DNA of 64,000 nucleotides from an uncultured Clostridia bacterium (GTDB lineage Bacteria; Bacillota; Clostridia; Christensenellales; UBA1242): NCBI GenBank assembly GCA_944376905.1, contig CALWEA010000001.1, positions 214,676 to 278,675 of the forward strand, read 5' to 3'. Shown piece by piece: positions 54,212 to 64,000 of this stretch (position 1 is its first letter; each line of letters starts with the position of its first letter). The notes under the pieces were generated by a model. It saw only the letters and a program-made list of their open reading frames with translations, ran no database searches and was not told where the DNA came from. The position numbers and the translations under genes were made by a program.

Positions 54212-54751
54212 ATGAAAAAGAAAACTTATCTTTTAAGTGGGGCAATAACAAATATAGTTTTTTCTGGTATTGCTTTTGTAGTTTGTTTAGTTGGTTATAT
54301 TTTGTTATTTGGAATTGAAAGCCCTAACAATCTTGTTGGTGGTTTTGCCGTTGCTTTGACAAAAGCTTTAATGATGGTTATTGTTTTTTTATTAATGATA
54401 GTTTTTGCTGTTAATATTGTTTTATCTAGTTTAATATTAGTTGCATTGAAAAAAAATAATCATAAAGCGATTATGGGAATAACTATAACCGTTTTTGTGT
54501 TCGATTGTATTTTTGTTATTGGTTCATTTTTTAATTTTGATTTGTGGTCGATAATTCTTATGTTTTGTTTTGCTCTTTCTGGCTCTTTACTTTTAATTGG
54601 AATAATTCAAGAACATAAACAAAATAAATTAAATATCTCTTCCGTGCAAAATAATGTTGAAAAATTTTCAGAAATTAAATTAAATAATGAAGTAGAAAAT
54701 GTTGCTAATTTTTCAACAAATAACGACGAAAAAAAAGATAATCAAAATTAA
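54212..54751 (+). CDS. Multi-pass membrane protein, unknown function
   Basis: ATG 54212 follows GGTGGTG. There are four hydrophobic helices and a hydrophilic C-tail. Confidence 0.5.
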   Translation: MKKKTYLLSGAITNIVFSGIAFVVCLVGYILLFGIESPNNLVGGFAVALTKALMMVIVFLLMIVFAVNIVLSSLILVALKKNNHKAIMGITITVFVFDCIFVIGSFFNFDLWSIILMFCFALSGSLLLIGIIQEHKQNKLNISSVQNNVEKFSEIKLNNEVENVANFSTNNDEKKDNQN

Positions 54752-54908
54752 GATTTTGACTATCAAAAATAAGAAATAATATTTAAAAATTTTCTATTTT
54801 AATTTAAAAATATTTAATTTAAATTTTAATTTATAAAAATATTTTAAATATTTATTATTGTTTATAACTATAAATACTATGATTTAGAGGGTAATTATAT
54901 TAACAAAA

Positions 54909-56750
54909 TTAATTTTGATTAAAGTAATTATAAATTTTTTGTGCTAATACGGGGTCTATGCCTTTAACCAGTATAAGTTCTTCTGGTTTGGCTTTTTTTA
55001 TTTGGTCTATTGTTTTAAAATGTTTTATAAGTTCATTTTTCTTTACTTTTCCTATTCCTTTTATATTATCAAGTGGACTACTTAAAGCAGATTTTTGCCT
55101 TAAATTTCTATGAAATGTTATAGCAAATCTGTGTGCTTCATCTCTTATGTTTTGAAGAAGTTTTAATTCGACACTTCCTCTTTTTAACATTATGGGCATT
55201 GATTGATTCGGCTTATAAACTTCTTCAAATTTTTTAGCCAGAGAAATTATTTCAATATCTTTTCGATGTTCAAATAAAAGAGTTGATGTTTTTGAAAGTT
55301 GACCTTTTCCGCCATCTATAACTATTAAATCAGGTTTTTGTGAAAAACTTTCATCAACACCTTTATCCAGTTCCGCTAATCTTCTATTGATAACTTCTTT
55401 TAAACTTTCAAAATCATTAGGGCCAATTATTGTTTTAATTTTAAATTTTCTATAATGTTTAGTTGCTTTTTCTCCATTAATAAAAACAACCATACTACCA
55501 ACACTGTTGCTTCCTTGTGTGTTTGAAATATCATAACATTCAATTCTTTTAGGGAGATTTTTTAAATGTAAATGAATTTTTAAATTTTGTAGTGCACCCA
55601 ATGTTTTTTCGTATTTGTTTTTTTCTTGAATGTTTGCTCTTGTTAAGTATTCGTTAGCATTTTGTGTTGCCATATCTATAAGTTTTTTCTTATATCCTTT
55701 TTGAGCAGTTTTTATTTCAACATTTTTTCCTTTAATATTTATTAAATATTCTTTTATATTATTAGAATCATTTATATCATGGCTAACTAAAATTAAATCT
55801 GGTATTTTTGCATTTTGATAATATTGAAAAATAAAAGATGATAAAATGTCTGTTTCCTCTAATGACGCATCTATAGTTGTTATATTTTGAACTCCTAATA
55901 TTTTTCCTCCTCTAACTATAACAAAACTTATAGCACCGCTTATATTATTGGTTGAATAAGCAAAGACGTCTATATCTAAATTTTTAGGAACTTCTGTAAC
56001 AACTCTATCTTTAAGACGAGATATCATTTTTAATCTTTCTCTAAGAATTAGTGCTTGTTCAAAGTTTTCTAAGGTTGCTTCCTTTTGCATTTTGTCTTTT
56101 AAAATTTTTTCAACTTCATGGTCATTGCCGTTCAAAAAATCTATAACTTTTTGAATAATTTTTTGATAATCTTCTTCAGTTATTTTATGCGTACAAGGTG
56201 CACTACAAATGCCAAGAGAGAAGTTTAAGCATTCTCTATTATATTTTTTTGTGTTGTCAATATTTAAAGAGCAAGTTCTTATTGGAAAGGCTGTTGTTAT
56301 AATATTTAATATTTCGTAAGCACTTATTCCGGAAATGTAAGGGCCAAAATATTTGGCACCATCATTAACAACTTTTCTAACAACTTCCAAATAAGGATAT
56401 TTTTTTTGTTGATTTAATTTAATATAGGGAAAAGATTTTCCATCTTTTAATAAAATGTTGTAAAAGGGTTGATATTTTTTTATAAGATTATTTTCAAGGG
56501 CAAGAGCATCAATTTCATTTAAAGTTATGAAGTAGTCTAAGTCGTATATCTTATCAACCATTGCTTTAACTTTAAAACTATAACTATTAGATGTGTTTTT
56601 TTTATTAAAATATTGACTTATACGATTTTTTAAATTTTTTGCTTTGCCAACATAAATAATATTCCCGCTTATGTCTCGCATGACATAAACACCACTATCA
56701 TTAGGTAAATTTTTTAATTTTTGATTTAAAATTTCGTTTAAATATTTCAT
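54909..56750 (-). CDS. uvrC: Excinuclease ABC subunit C
   Basis: The N-terminal GIY-YIG is GVYVMRD..IIYVGKAKNLKNRISQY. A Cys-rich segment, the UvrBC domain, an RNase H-like endonuclease domain and a C-terminal HhH (IKGIGKVKKNELIKHF) follow. Confidence 0.9.
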   Translation of the reverse strand: MKYLNEILNQKLKNLPNDSGVYVMRDISGNIIYVGKAKNLKNRISQYFNKKNTSNSYSFKVKAMVDKIYDLDYFITLNEIDALALENNLIKKYQPFYNILLKDGKSFPYIKLNQQKKYPYLEVVRKVVNDGAKYFGPYISGISAYEILNIITTAFPIRTCSLNIDNTKKYNRECLNFSLGICSAPCTHKITEEDYQKIIQKVIDFLNGNDHEVEKILKDKMQKEATLENFEQALILRERLKMISRLKDRVVTEVPKNLDIDVFAYSTNNISGAISFVIVRGGKILGVQNITTIDASLEETDILSSFIFQYYQNAKIPDLILVSHDINDSNNIKEYLINIKGKNVEIKTAQKGYKKKLIDMATQNANEYLTRANIQEKNKYEKTLGALQNLKIHLHLKNLPKRIECYDISNTQGSNSVGSMVVFINGEKATKHYRKFKIKTIIGPNDFESLKEVINRRLAELDKGVDESFSQKPDLIVIDGGKGQLSKTSTLLFEHRKDIEIISLAKKFEEVYKPNQSMPIMLKRGSVELKLLQNIRDEAHRFAITFHRNLRQKSALSSPLDNIKGIGKVKKNELIKHFKTIDQIKKAKPEELILVKGIDPVLAQKIYNYFNQN

Positions 56751-57057
56751 AAGATATATTGTAAACCAATTTAATTAAAAATACAATATTTATAAAAAAT
56801 TTTTTTGATAATAAATTTAATATATAAATAATACAATATAAAATACAAGCAATACAATACAAAGTGGGATAATGTAATAATATAAAAAAATATAAATATT
56901 GATAACCAAAAAAAACAAAATAAAAATTAAAAAAGAAATAAGTATATAAAAATAAAAAATCATTTTTTATTTTTAACCAAAAAAATTTATGGTTATATTT
57001 TGAAAAAATGATTTTTATACTTTTTATTTTAACATTTGAAATATTTAAAGTGTTAGT

Positions 57058-58068
57058 TTATTTATTTTGTTCTTGTTGCTCTGTATTTAAATTTTGTTGT
57101 AAACCAAAGAAAGATTTAAGTTGTTTTAAAGTTGTAAATTTTTTCTTTTTAGAAATTTTGTATTTTCTATAAAACAATCCATTTGGTAAAATGAAATGAG
57201 GGTCTTGCACTTTTATAATGTGGATTAATTTATTTTTATTCAGTTCATAAAGATGATTTTGTAAAGAATTTCTATTTATTTTTATAAAATAATTTTTTTG
57301 ATTATTACCATAATAATTGCCTGTATCTTTTGCATATACAGTGTTTTCAACATAGTTTTTTATATTTTCACATGAAAGATTATAGTATCTTAAATATTTG
57401 GCCATTTCGCATAAAATTGACATTTCATACCAATATGTTCCTAATTTTTGATGATGAAGTCTATCTTGTAAATTTTCAACAAATTTATTAATAAAATTTT
57501 CAATGTCTTTAACTGTAAAAATGGAAGGGTTATTCACCATAAAAATAAATATATTTTGAAGAAAATCAGCGTGGAGTGCTGGTCTGTGTGTGGTTGTTAT
57601 TGAACATTCTGTGAAATGATTGCAAGGTGTTGTTTTAGTAATGTAATCATTGAAATAAAAGTTATCTATCCATTGACAAAAAAAATCATGAGCAATTTTA
57701 ACACATTCATCATTATCAAAAAGAAAAAAATTTTTTAATTCATTGATATTGTTAATGTTTGTAAAAATTTTGTCATCTGTAAACAAATATGAATAATATG
57801 ATGGAATTTTCATTCGTCTTAATATGGTTGATATAAATTGGCCATTTAAAAGTGTATTTGCTAAATAAGTTTTTACTACATCTTTTAAACTATCATTATT
57901 ATTTTTTTGCTGATTAACCCATGTAACAAAATGTTCTGTTGTTTGATTTAAGTTAACTAAACAACTTGTTTTATTATCAATATAATATTTTTTATATAAT
58001 GTTTTCATTGTTTTTTGCATGTTATAAAATTCCTTTGAATAATGTTTTATAGGCTTTAAATCTATCAA
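57058..58068 (-). CDS. Hypothetical protein (336 aa)
   Basis: Long ORF. No recognisable motif. Confidence 0.45.
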   Translation of the reverse strand: MIDLKPIKHYSKEFYNMQKTMKTLYKKYYIDNKTSCLVNLNQTTEHFVTWVNQQKNNNDSLKDVVKTYLANTLLNGQFISTILRRMKIPSYYSYLFTDDKIFTNINNINELKNFFLFDNDECVKIAHDFFCQWIDNFYFNDYITKTTPCNHFTECSITTTHRPALHADFLQNIFIFMVNNPSIFTVKDIENFINKFVENLQDRLHHQKLGTYWYEMSILCEMAKYLRYYNLSCENIKNYVENTVYAKDTGNYYGNNQKNYFIKINRNSLQNHLYELNKNKLIHIIKVQDPHFILPNGLFYRKYKISKKKKFTTLKQLKSFFGLQQNLNTEQQEQNK

Positions 58069-58276
58069 AATAATGTTTATAATTTTTAAATTATATTTAA
58101 CTTATTTATCATAAAATTCATTTATAGTAAAGAATATAAAAACCTTAAAAATTATAGATTCAATATATCACAATGAATTTTTAAAGTCAATATCGAAAAA
58201 TTGTGTAATATAAAATATAAATTATCATATATAATTAAGTGGTGATTTTAAAAGTGTTGGTGAATTAAAAATAAAT

Positions 58277-58306
58277 TTGACAAACAGTATATTTTTATGG
58301 TATAAT
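58277..58306 (+). promoter_or_regulatory. Near-consensus sigma-70 promoter about 380 nt upstream of the ABC exporter genes
   Basis: TTGACA (58277-82), an 18-nt spacer and TGGTATAAT (TATAAT at 58301-06). Confidence 0.5.
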
Positions 58307-58688
58307 ACAAATTTATTATGATATTTTATTGATTTATTTATAATTTTTGTAAATAAATATGATAAAACTTTAACTAAGATTTTATTTTAAAATAAAAATA
58401 AATAATTTAAAATTAATTTTTGTTTTATTATAAAGTTATTTTGTATATGTAGTGGTATGAGATTTTTAATATGAAGGTTAACATTGTGTTTTACAAATAA
58501 ACATTTGTTTTTTGATTTTTATTTTAAAATTTATTCATACTTTCTTCATTGTTCATTTTAAATCATGTTTAAATTGTTTACATGTTTATTTATTCATATA
58601 TTTATCTTTCATAAACACAATAAAGTTTTTGTTATTAAATAATATTTTTTAGTTAGTGTATTAAAATTAAATTTTAGAGGTAATTTTT

Positions 58689-60683
58689 ATGTTAAAATTA
58701 TTAAAAAAACTTGGATTAAAAGAATGGATATTTTTTGGAATCAGTATTGTCTTTATAGTTGGGCAAGTGTGGCTTGATTTAAAACTTCCAAATTATATGT
58801 CTGAAATAACAGAAAAATTAACAAATGGAACCATCACTATGGAAAATGTTTGGGTTAGTGGTGGATTAATGATTGCTTGTGCTGTTGGTAGTGCAATTCT
58901 TGCTATTGCAACTGGTTTTTTTTCTGCTAAAATAGCGGCAACTTTGGCGAAACGTATTAGAAGTTGCGTTTTTAATAAAATCAATTCCTTTTCGCTTGGC
59001 GAAATTAATAAATTTTCAACTGCTAGTTTAATAACTCGTTCAACAAACGATATAACCCAAGTTCAAAATTTTGTTGCAATTGGTCTTCAAGTTATTATTA
59101 AAGCACCTATCTTAGCAACTTGGGCTATTATAACTATTTTGGGGAAAAGTTGGGAGTGGTCTGTTGCAACTGCTGTTGCTGTTGCTATTTTACTTTTAGT
59201 TATTATTTGCATGATTATATTTGTTGTTCCTAAATTTAAGAAAATTCAGACACAAACAGATAATCTCAATCGTGTTGCCAGAGAAAATTTGACAGGTGTA
59301 AGAGTTGTTAGGGCATATAATGCGGAAAGTTTTGAAGGAAAAAAGTTTGAACAGGCTAATGACGATTTAACCAAAACGAATGTTTTTGTTAATAGAACTT
59401 TTGCAATTATGAGTCCTGTTATGACTCTTATTATGAATGGACTTACTTTGGCAATTTATTGGATTGGAGCATTTCTTATTAATGCACAACTTGGAACTTT
59501 GATTAATGCTGGCAGTGTTGAAGAAGTTGAGCAAATATATAATCAATCAGCGGTTATTTTTGGTGATATGGTTGTTTTTATCGCGTATGCTATGCAGGTT
59601 ATTATGGCATTTATGATGTTAATAATTGTTTTTGTTATGTTGCCTCGTGCAATTGTTTCGGCTAGACGTATAAGCGAAGTTTTAAACACTAATGCTAATA
59701 TAAAAGATGGTAATTATCAGGGAATTTTTGAACATGATGAATTAAATAAAAATAAGCATCATAATCAAAATAATCAAAATAATCAAAATTCTACAAATGT
59801 TGTTCAGAATCAAGATAAAATAAAAACTCATACAAAAAAAATGTATTATCCTTATCAAAATGGAAAGCCAATAGAAATAGTTGAAACAAAAAAAGGTGTT
59901 TTTGCTGTCGAAGAAGAAAAATTGGTTTCTGGCAAAATTGAGTTTGTAAACGTTAGTTTTAAATATCCTAATGCTGAAAATTATGTTTTACAAGACATAT
60001 CTTTCGTTGCAGAAAAAGGAGAAACTGTTGCTTTTATTGGTAGTACGGGAAGTGGAAAAAGTACATTAATAAATTTGATTCCAAGATTTTATGATTGTAC
60101 AAAAGGTGCTGTTTTAATAGATGGAATTAACGTTAAAGATTATCCATTAGAAGACCTTTATAATAAATTGGGTTATATTCCTCAACAAGCGAAGATGTTA
60201 TCTGGAACTGTTGAATCAAACATATCTCTTGGTTATGTTAATGGTGAAAAAGTTAAATGTGAGGATATGAATGAGGCTTTAAAGATTTCTCAAAGTTTAG
60301 AATTTGTTAATAAAATGGAAATGAAGGAGAAATCGGCAATTGCTCAAGGTGGAACTAATATTTCAGGAGGGCAAAAACAAAGATTGTCAATCGCTAGGGC
60401 TATTGCAAGAAAACCAGAAATTTTTATTTTTGACGACACATTTTCTGCCTTAGATTATAAAACGGATAAAAAATTGCGTAAAGAAATATCAAAACATTTA
60501 TCAAACTCAACATGTCTTATTGTTGCTCAAAGAATTGGGACTATTAAAAATGCTGATAAAATTATGGTTTTAGATAATGGTAAAATGGTTGGATTTGGAA
60601 AGCATAAAGACCTTTTGAAAACATGTGATGTTTATAAGGAAATTGCTTTGTCGCAATTATCAAAGGAAGAATTAGAGGAATAA
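58689..60683 (+). CDS. ABC exporter half-transporter (TMD-NBD), degenerate-site subunit of a heterodimer
   Basis: Six TM helices. Walker A is GSTGSGKST, the signature is ISGGQKQRLSIARA, and Walker B is IFIFDDTFSALD (Asp in place of the catalytic Glu). There is a ~70-aa Asn/Gln-rich insertion between the TMD and NBD. Confidence 0.8.
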   Translation: MLKLLKKLGLKEWIFFGISIVFIVGQVWLDLKLPNYMSEITEKLTNGTITMENVWVSGGLMIACAVGSAILAIATGFFSAKIAATLAKRIRSCVFNKINSFSLGEINKFSTASLITRSTNDITQVQNFVAIGLQVIIKAPILATWAIITILGKSWEWSVATAVAVAILLLVIICMIIFVVPKFKKIQTQTDNLNRVARENLTGVRVVRAYNAESFEGKKFEQANDDLTKTNVFVNRTFAIMSPVMTLIMNGLTLAIYWIGAFLINAQLGTLINAGSVEEVEQIYNQSAVIFGDMVVFIAYAMQVIMAFMMLIIVFVMLPRAIVSARRISEVLNTNANIKDGNYQGIFEHDELNKNKHHNQNNQNNQNSTNVVQNQDKIKTHTKKMYYPYQNGKPIEIVETKKGVFAVEEEKLVSGKIEFVNVSFKYPNAENYVLQDISFVAEKGETVAFIGSTGSGKSTLINLIPRFYDCTKGAVLIDGINVKDYPLEDLYNKLGYIPQQAKMLSGTVESNISLGYVNGEKVKCEDMNEALKISQSLEFVNKMEMKEKSAIAQGGTNISGGQKQRLSIARAIARKPEIFIFDDTFSALDYKTDKKLRKEISKHLSNSTCLIVAQRIGTIKNADKIMVLDNGKMVGFGKHKDLLKTCDVYKEIALSQLSKEELEE

Positions 60684-60828
60684 TAAATATTATTTAATCT
60701 AATTTATATAAATACAATAAAAGAACTTTTAAAAAATTGTCAACCATAAACTTTTAAGTTAATTATATAAAATATTATTTAGATTAATATCTAAATAATA
60801 AAAATTAAATTATTGAAACAGGTGAAAT

Positions 60829-62610
60829 ATGAGAGTTAAACCACAAAACGTAAAATTTGATAAAACTGCCTTTAAGTCATTGGGTAGTTTAGTTAAATAT
60901 AGTAAAAAATATTCGGTAACTTTTTTAGTTGCCATGGTTTTAGCAATGTTTGGTGCTATATTAAATTTAATAGGACCTTCACAAATAGGTAAAATAACTG
61001 ATTTGGTTACTGAGGGGTTGAAAATTGGCAATGTTGATATGAGTGCAGTTTTAAGTATTGCTTTATTATTAGTTATAATTTATAGTGTTAACGCAATTTC
61101 TTTTTATTTAGAAGGTTGGATTATGGCAACCGTAACCGCACGCCTTGCTAAAAAAATGCGTAAAGATATATCTTCTAAGATAAATAAAGTTCCTTTAAAA
61201 TATTTTGATGGAACAACATATGGGAATGTATTGAGTCGTATAACTAACGATGTTGATATGGTTAGTCAGAGTTTAAATAGTAGTTTAACAACAATTGTTG
61301 CATCTCTTGCCTTATTTTTAGGGTCTTTAATTATGATGTTTGTAACAAATTGGATTCTTGCATTGTCTGCTGTTGGGGCAACCATTATAGGATTTTTAAT
61401 TATAACATTGATTATGAGCAAATCTCAAAAATATTTTGTTATGCAACAAGAAAGTTTAGGGCTTATTAATGGACATATTGAAGAGGTTTATTCTAGTCAT
61501 AATGTTATAAAAGTTTATAATGCGACAAATGAAAGTAAAGAAACTTTTGAAAAGCATAATAACTCATTATATAAAAGTGCATGGAAATCACAGTTTTTAT
61601 CTGGCCTTATGATGCCTTTAATGAATTTTATGGGTAATCTTGGCTATCTTGTTGTTTGTGTTGTTGGTGTTTTACTTTCTATTAATGGAATGATAACTTT
61701 TGGTGTTGTTGTTTCTTTTATGATTTATGTTAGACTTTTCATGCAACCACTTTCTCAAATTGCGCAAAGTTTAACAAGTTTACAATCCGCAAGTGCTGCA
61801 AGTGGTAGAATATTTGAGTTTTTAAATGAAAAAGAGTTAGAAGATGAATCTCAAAAAATCTTAGTTCTTAATCCAGAAGAAGTTCATGGAAATGTTGAAT
61901 TCAAAAATGTTAAATTTGGATATTCAAAAGATAAAACTATTATAAAGAACTTTTCAGCAAAAATTAAAGCAGGCCAAAAGGTTGCGATTGTTGGACCAAC
62001 AGGAGCGGGTAAAACAACATTAGTTAATTTATTAATGCGTTTTTATGAAATTGATGATGGAGAAATTTTAATTGATGGTGTTAATACAAAAAATTTAAAA
62101 AGAGAAAATGTTCATCAATTATTTTCTATGGTTTTGCAAGATACATGGCTTTTTCAAGCGTCAATAAAAGATAATATAAAATATAGCAAAGAAGAAGTAA
62201 CTGACGAAGAAATCTATGAAGCGTGTAAAACGTCGGGCATAGAGCATTTTATTAAAACTTTGCCAGATGGCTACGACACAATATTAAGTGATGAAACAAC
62301 AATTAGTGCTGGGCAAAAACAATTGTTGACCATTGCTCGTGCTATGGTACAAAATAGCCCAATGTTAATTTTAGATGAAGCAACAAGTTCTGTTGATACA
62401 AGAACAGAAATTTTAATTCAAAAAGCAATGGATTCTCTAACTAAAAATAAAACATCTTTTGTTATAGCGCATAGATTATCTACTATAAAAAATGCAGATT
62501 TAATTTTAGTTTTAAAAGATGGGGATATAATAGAACAAGGCTCTCATAAAGACCTTCTTAAACAAAATGGTTTTTATGCTGAATTGTATAATTCTCAATT
62601 TGAAGATTAA
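60829..62610 (+). CDS. ABC exporter half-transporter (TMD-NBD), consensus-Walker-B subunit of a heterodimer
   Basis: Walker A is GPTGAGKTT, Walker B is LILDEATSSVD (canonical Glu), the signature is the atypical ISAGQKQLLTIARA, and the H-loop is AHRLSTI. Confidence 0.8.
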   Translation: MRVKPQNVKFDKTAFKSLGSLVKYSKKYSVTFLVAMVLAMFGAILNLIGPSQIGKITDLVTEGLKIGNVDMSAVLSIALLLVIIYSVNAISFYLEGWIMATVTARLAKKMRKDISSKINKVPLKYFDGTTYGNVLSRITNDVDMVSQSLNSSLTTIVASLALFLGSLIMMFVTNWILALSAVGATIIGFLIITLIMSKSQKYFVMQQESLGLINGHIEEVYSSHNVIKVYNATNESKETFEKHNNSLYKSAWKSQFLSGLMMPLMNFMGNLGYLVVCVVGVLLSINGMITFGVVVSFMIYVRLFMQPLSQIAQSLTSLQSASAASGRIFEFLNEKELEDESQKILVLNPEEVHGNVEFKNVKFGYSKDKTIIKNFSAKIKAGQKVAIVGPTGAGKTTLVNLLMRFYEIDDGEILIDGVNTKNLKRENVHQLFSMVLQDTWLFQASIKDNIKYSKEEVTDEEIYEACKTSGIEHFIKTLPDGYDTILSDETTISAGQKQLLTIARAMVQNSPMLILDEATSSVDTRTEILIQKAMDSLTKNKTSFVIAHRLSTIKNADLILVLKDGDIIEQGSHKDLLKQNGFYAELYNSQFED

Positions 62611-63035
62611 AAAACTATTTTTAATTTTTTATTTATCATTTATGAATATTTAATTTTATTTATAACTTATCAATATTTCTTATCAAAAAAAACAATAAAT
62701 AGTTATATGATATTTTTGTATAAAAATTTTATTTTCTTTTAGTTTTTCATTAATTTATTTTTATGTAAATATTTACAATTTTAAATAATTAAATCTTTTT
62801 TAAATAATTAAATCTTTATTTTCAAAAAATAAAAAAACAAACTTAACTATTACTTGCATTACCTTAAAATTTATTGTATTATAATTGCGATGATATTTTA
62901 ATAATTTAAAATCTTGCATGATACCTTGCTTGTCTTTTATTTTGGTATGTCGTTTGATATATCATTATAATATGCGAAAATATTTTTAAATGAAAAATAT
63001 TTCTACCCAAAATGTATGTTAAATTGGAGAAACAA

Positions 63036-64000
63036 ATGAAATTTAGTAAATTTTTAATACCAACTATGGTAAACAATCCTTCTGATTGTGATAATAATAG
63101 TCAACGCTTGATGCTAAGAACTGGAATGATAAAAAAAGTTTCTAACGGGCTTTATTTTTATTTGCCTAGTTTTATGCGTGTTATGGAAAAAGTGACAAGG
63201 GTTATAAATGAAGAAATGCAAAACATTGGTTGCAACCATGTTAAATTTCCTATATTAGTTTCAAAAGATTTACTGGATATGTCTGGACGCTGGAATGCTT
63301 TTGGAAAAGAAATGTTTAAACTTCAAGATAGGAATGACAAGTTATATGCTATTAGTCCAACCAATGAAGAATATGCTTGTCTTTTGGCTCAAAATTTTGT
63401 AACCAGTTATAAAGATTTGCCTTTTGCTATTTATCAAATTCAACAAAAACATCGTGATGAAATTCGTCCACGCGGTGGAGTTATGCGTGCTCGTGAATTT
63501 ATAATGAAAGATGCATATTCTTTTCATGACAGTGATGAAAATTTAAGTGATTTTTATAACAAGGTAAAAAATGCTTATATGACCATATTTAAGCGTTTGG
63601 GACTTAATGTTGTTGCAGTTAATGCTGATAGTGGGGCAATGGGCGGAGAACAATCTCAAGAATTTATGAGTATTTGCGAAACTGGTGATGCAGATATTGC
63701 TATTTGTGAAGATTGTGGATTTGTTGCTAACTTGGAAACAGTTCCATGTTTAAAGCCTTTACAACAACCTTTTACTTTGCAATATTTAAAACCTGAAAAA
63801 ATTCACACACCAAATATTAAAACTATTGATGAACTTTTAAATTTTTTAAAAATTGACATTAAAAATTTTGTAAAATCTATGATTTTTAAAGCTGATAACT
63901 CTTATGTTATGGCATTAGTAAGAGGTGATAGGGAAGTTAATGATGTTAAATTGGCGAAATATTTAAAAGTTAAAAATATAGAATTGGCAAGTGAAGAAGA
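63036..64000 (+). CDS. proS: Prolyl-tRNA synthetase, 5' part (continues beyond the window)
   Basis: ATG 63036 follows TGGAGA. MKFSKFLIPT..., class II motif 2 region QKHRDEIRPRGGVMRAREFIMKDAYSFH, then the start of an editing-domain-like insertion. The frame is open to nt 64000, and this gene is not in the ORF track. Confidence 0.85.
   Translation, partial: MKFSKFLIPTMVNNPSDCDNNSQRLMLRTGMIKKVSNGLYFYLPSFMRVMEKVTRVINEEMQNIGCNHVKFPILVSKDLLDMSGRWNAFGKEMFKLQDRNDKLYAISPTNEEYACLLAQNFVTSYKDLPFAIYQIQQKHRDEIRPRGGVMRAREFIMKDAYSFHDSDENLSDFYNKVKNAYMTIFKRLGLNVVAVNADSGAMGGEQSQEFMSICETGDADIAICEDCGFVANLETVPCLKPLQQPFTLQYLKPEKIHTPNIKTIDELLNFLKIDIKNFVKSMIFKADNSYVMALVRGDREVNDVKLAKYLKVKNIELASEE

Noticed and set aside
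62611-63035. T-box leader upstream of proS
   Set aside because: No T-box core (..GGTGGTACCGCG..-like) or specifier-loop architecture is visible. There are only promoter-like TTGCAT/TATTAT hexamers and a short direct repeat CTTGCATnA(n)ACCTT.
1-64000. Mycoplasma-type genetic code (TGA = Trp), suggested by the very low GC content and mollicute-like gene content
   Set aside because: All long conserved genes (ftsH, uvrC, tsaD, ABC exporters, cmk) are intact under the standard code, and Trp positions are TGG. TGA also ends the reading frame of the 21727..22038 pseudogene copy.

Overview
This is a very AT-rich bacterial chromosomal segment that reads with the standard genetic code. TGA is a stop and Trp is TGG, because ftsH, uvrC, tsaD, the ABC exporters and proS are all uninterrupted. 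Ribosome-binding sites are strong AAGGAGG-type. Gene content (FtsH with a long Lys/Asn tail, lipoproteins with Listeria-Bacteroides and BspA-type repeats, a GLUG-motif protein, rubrerythrin) fits a low-GC Bacillota/Mycoplasmatota-like anaerobe, but taxonomy cannot be fixed from this window.

nt 1-23,100 is an accessory mosaic:
(1) The right part of an ssDNA-phage-like element (1-5,300): a giant repeat protein, a Zot-like NTPase, a phiX174-type rolling-circle Rep and two GC-rich hairpins.
(2) An orphan membrane protein broken by a single TAA.
(3) A type II R-M locus with an HTH-fused C5 methyltransferase (6.5-9.3 kb).
(4) A conjugative-element leading-region-like anti-defence operon (10.4-14.3 kb) with ArdA, a PcfK/AcrIIA9-like protein, a PcfJ-like protein and several unknown small ORFs. 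It begins directly behind a ~270-nt interrupted palindrome.
(5) A Gabija (gajA-gajB) defence operon (14.6-17.4 kb).
(6) A GLUG-motif lipoprotein cassette bounded by an exact 29-nt direct repeat.
(7) An Mrr-type type IV restriction gene with a premature TAA.

I saw no integrase, transposase, relaxase, CRISPR array or rRNA.

nt 23,200-64,000 is mostly core: cmk, a fabG-like SDR, ftsH, rubrerythrin, tsaD, uvrC, a heterodimeric ABC exporter, the 5' part of proS, tRNA-Met and tRNA-Glu. It is interspersed with large surface proteins, lineage-specific orphans, and a BclA-like collagen-repeat protein next to a GT2-TPR glycosyltransferase. It also has long AT-rich intergenic regions, each carrying its own short tandem repeat.

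The best candidates for new biology are the anti-defence operon with its hairpin leader back-to-back with Gabija, the ssDNA element, and the repeated 29-nt and ~80-nt elements. All motif and hairpin coordinates were derived by hand and need computational re-verification.
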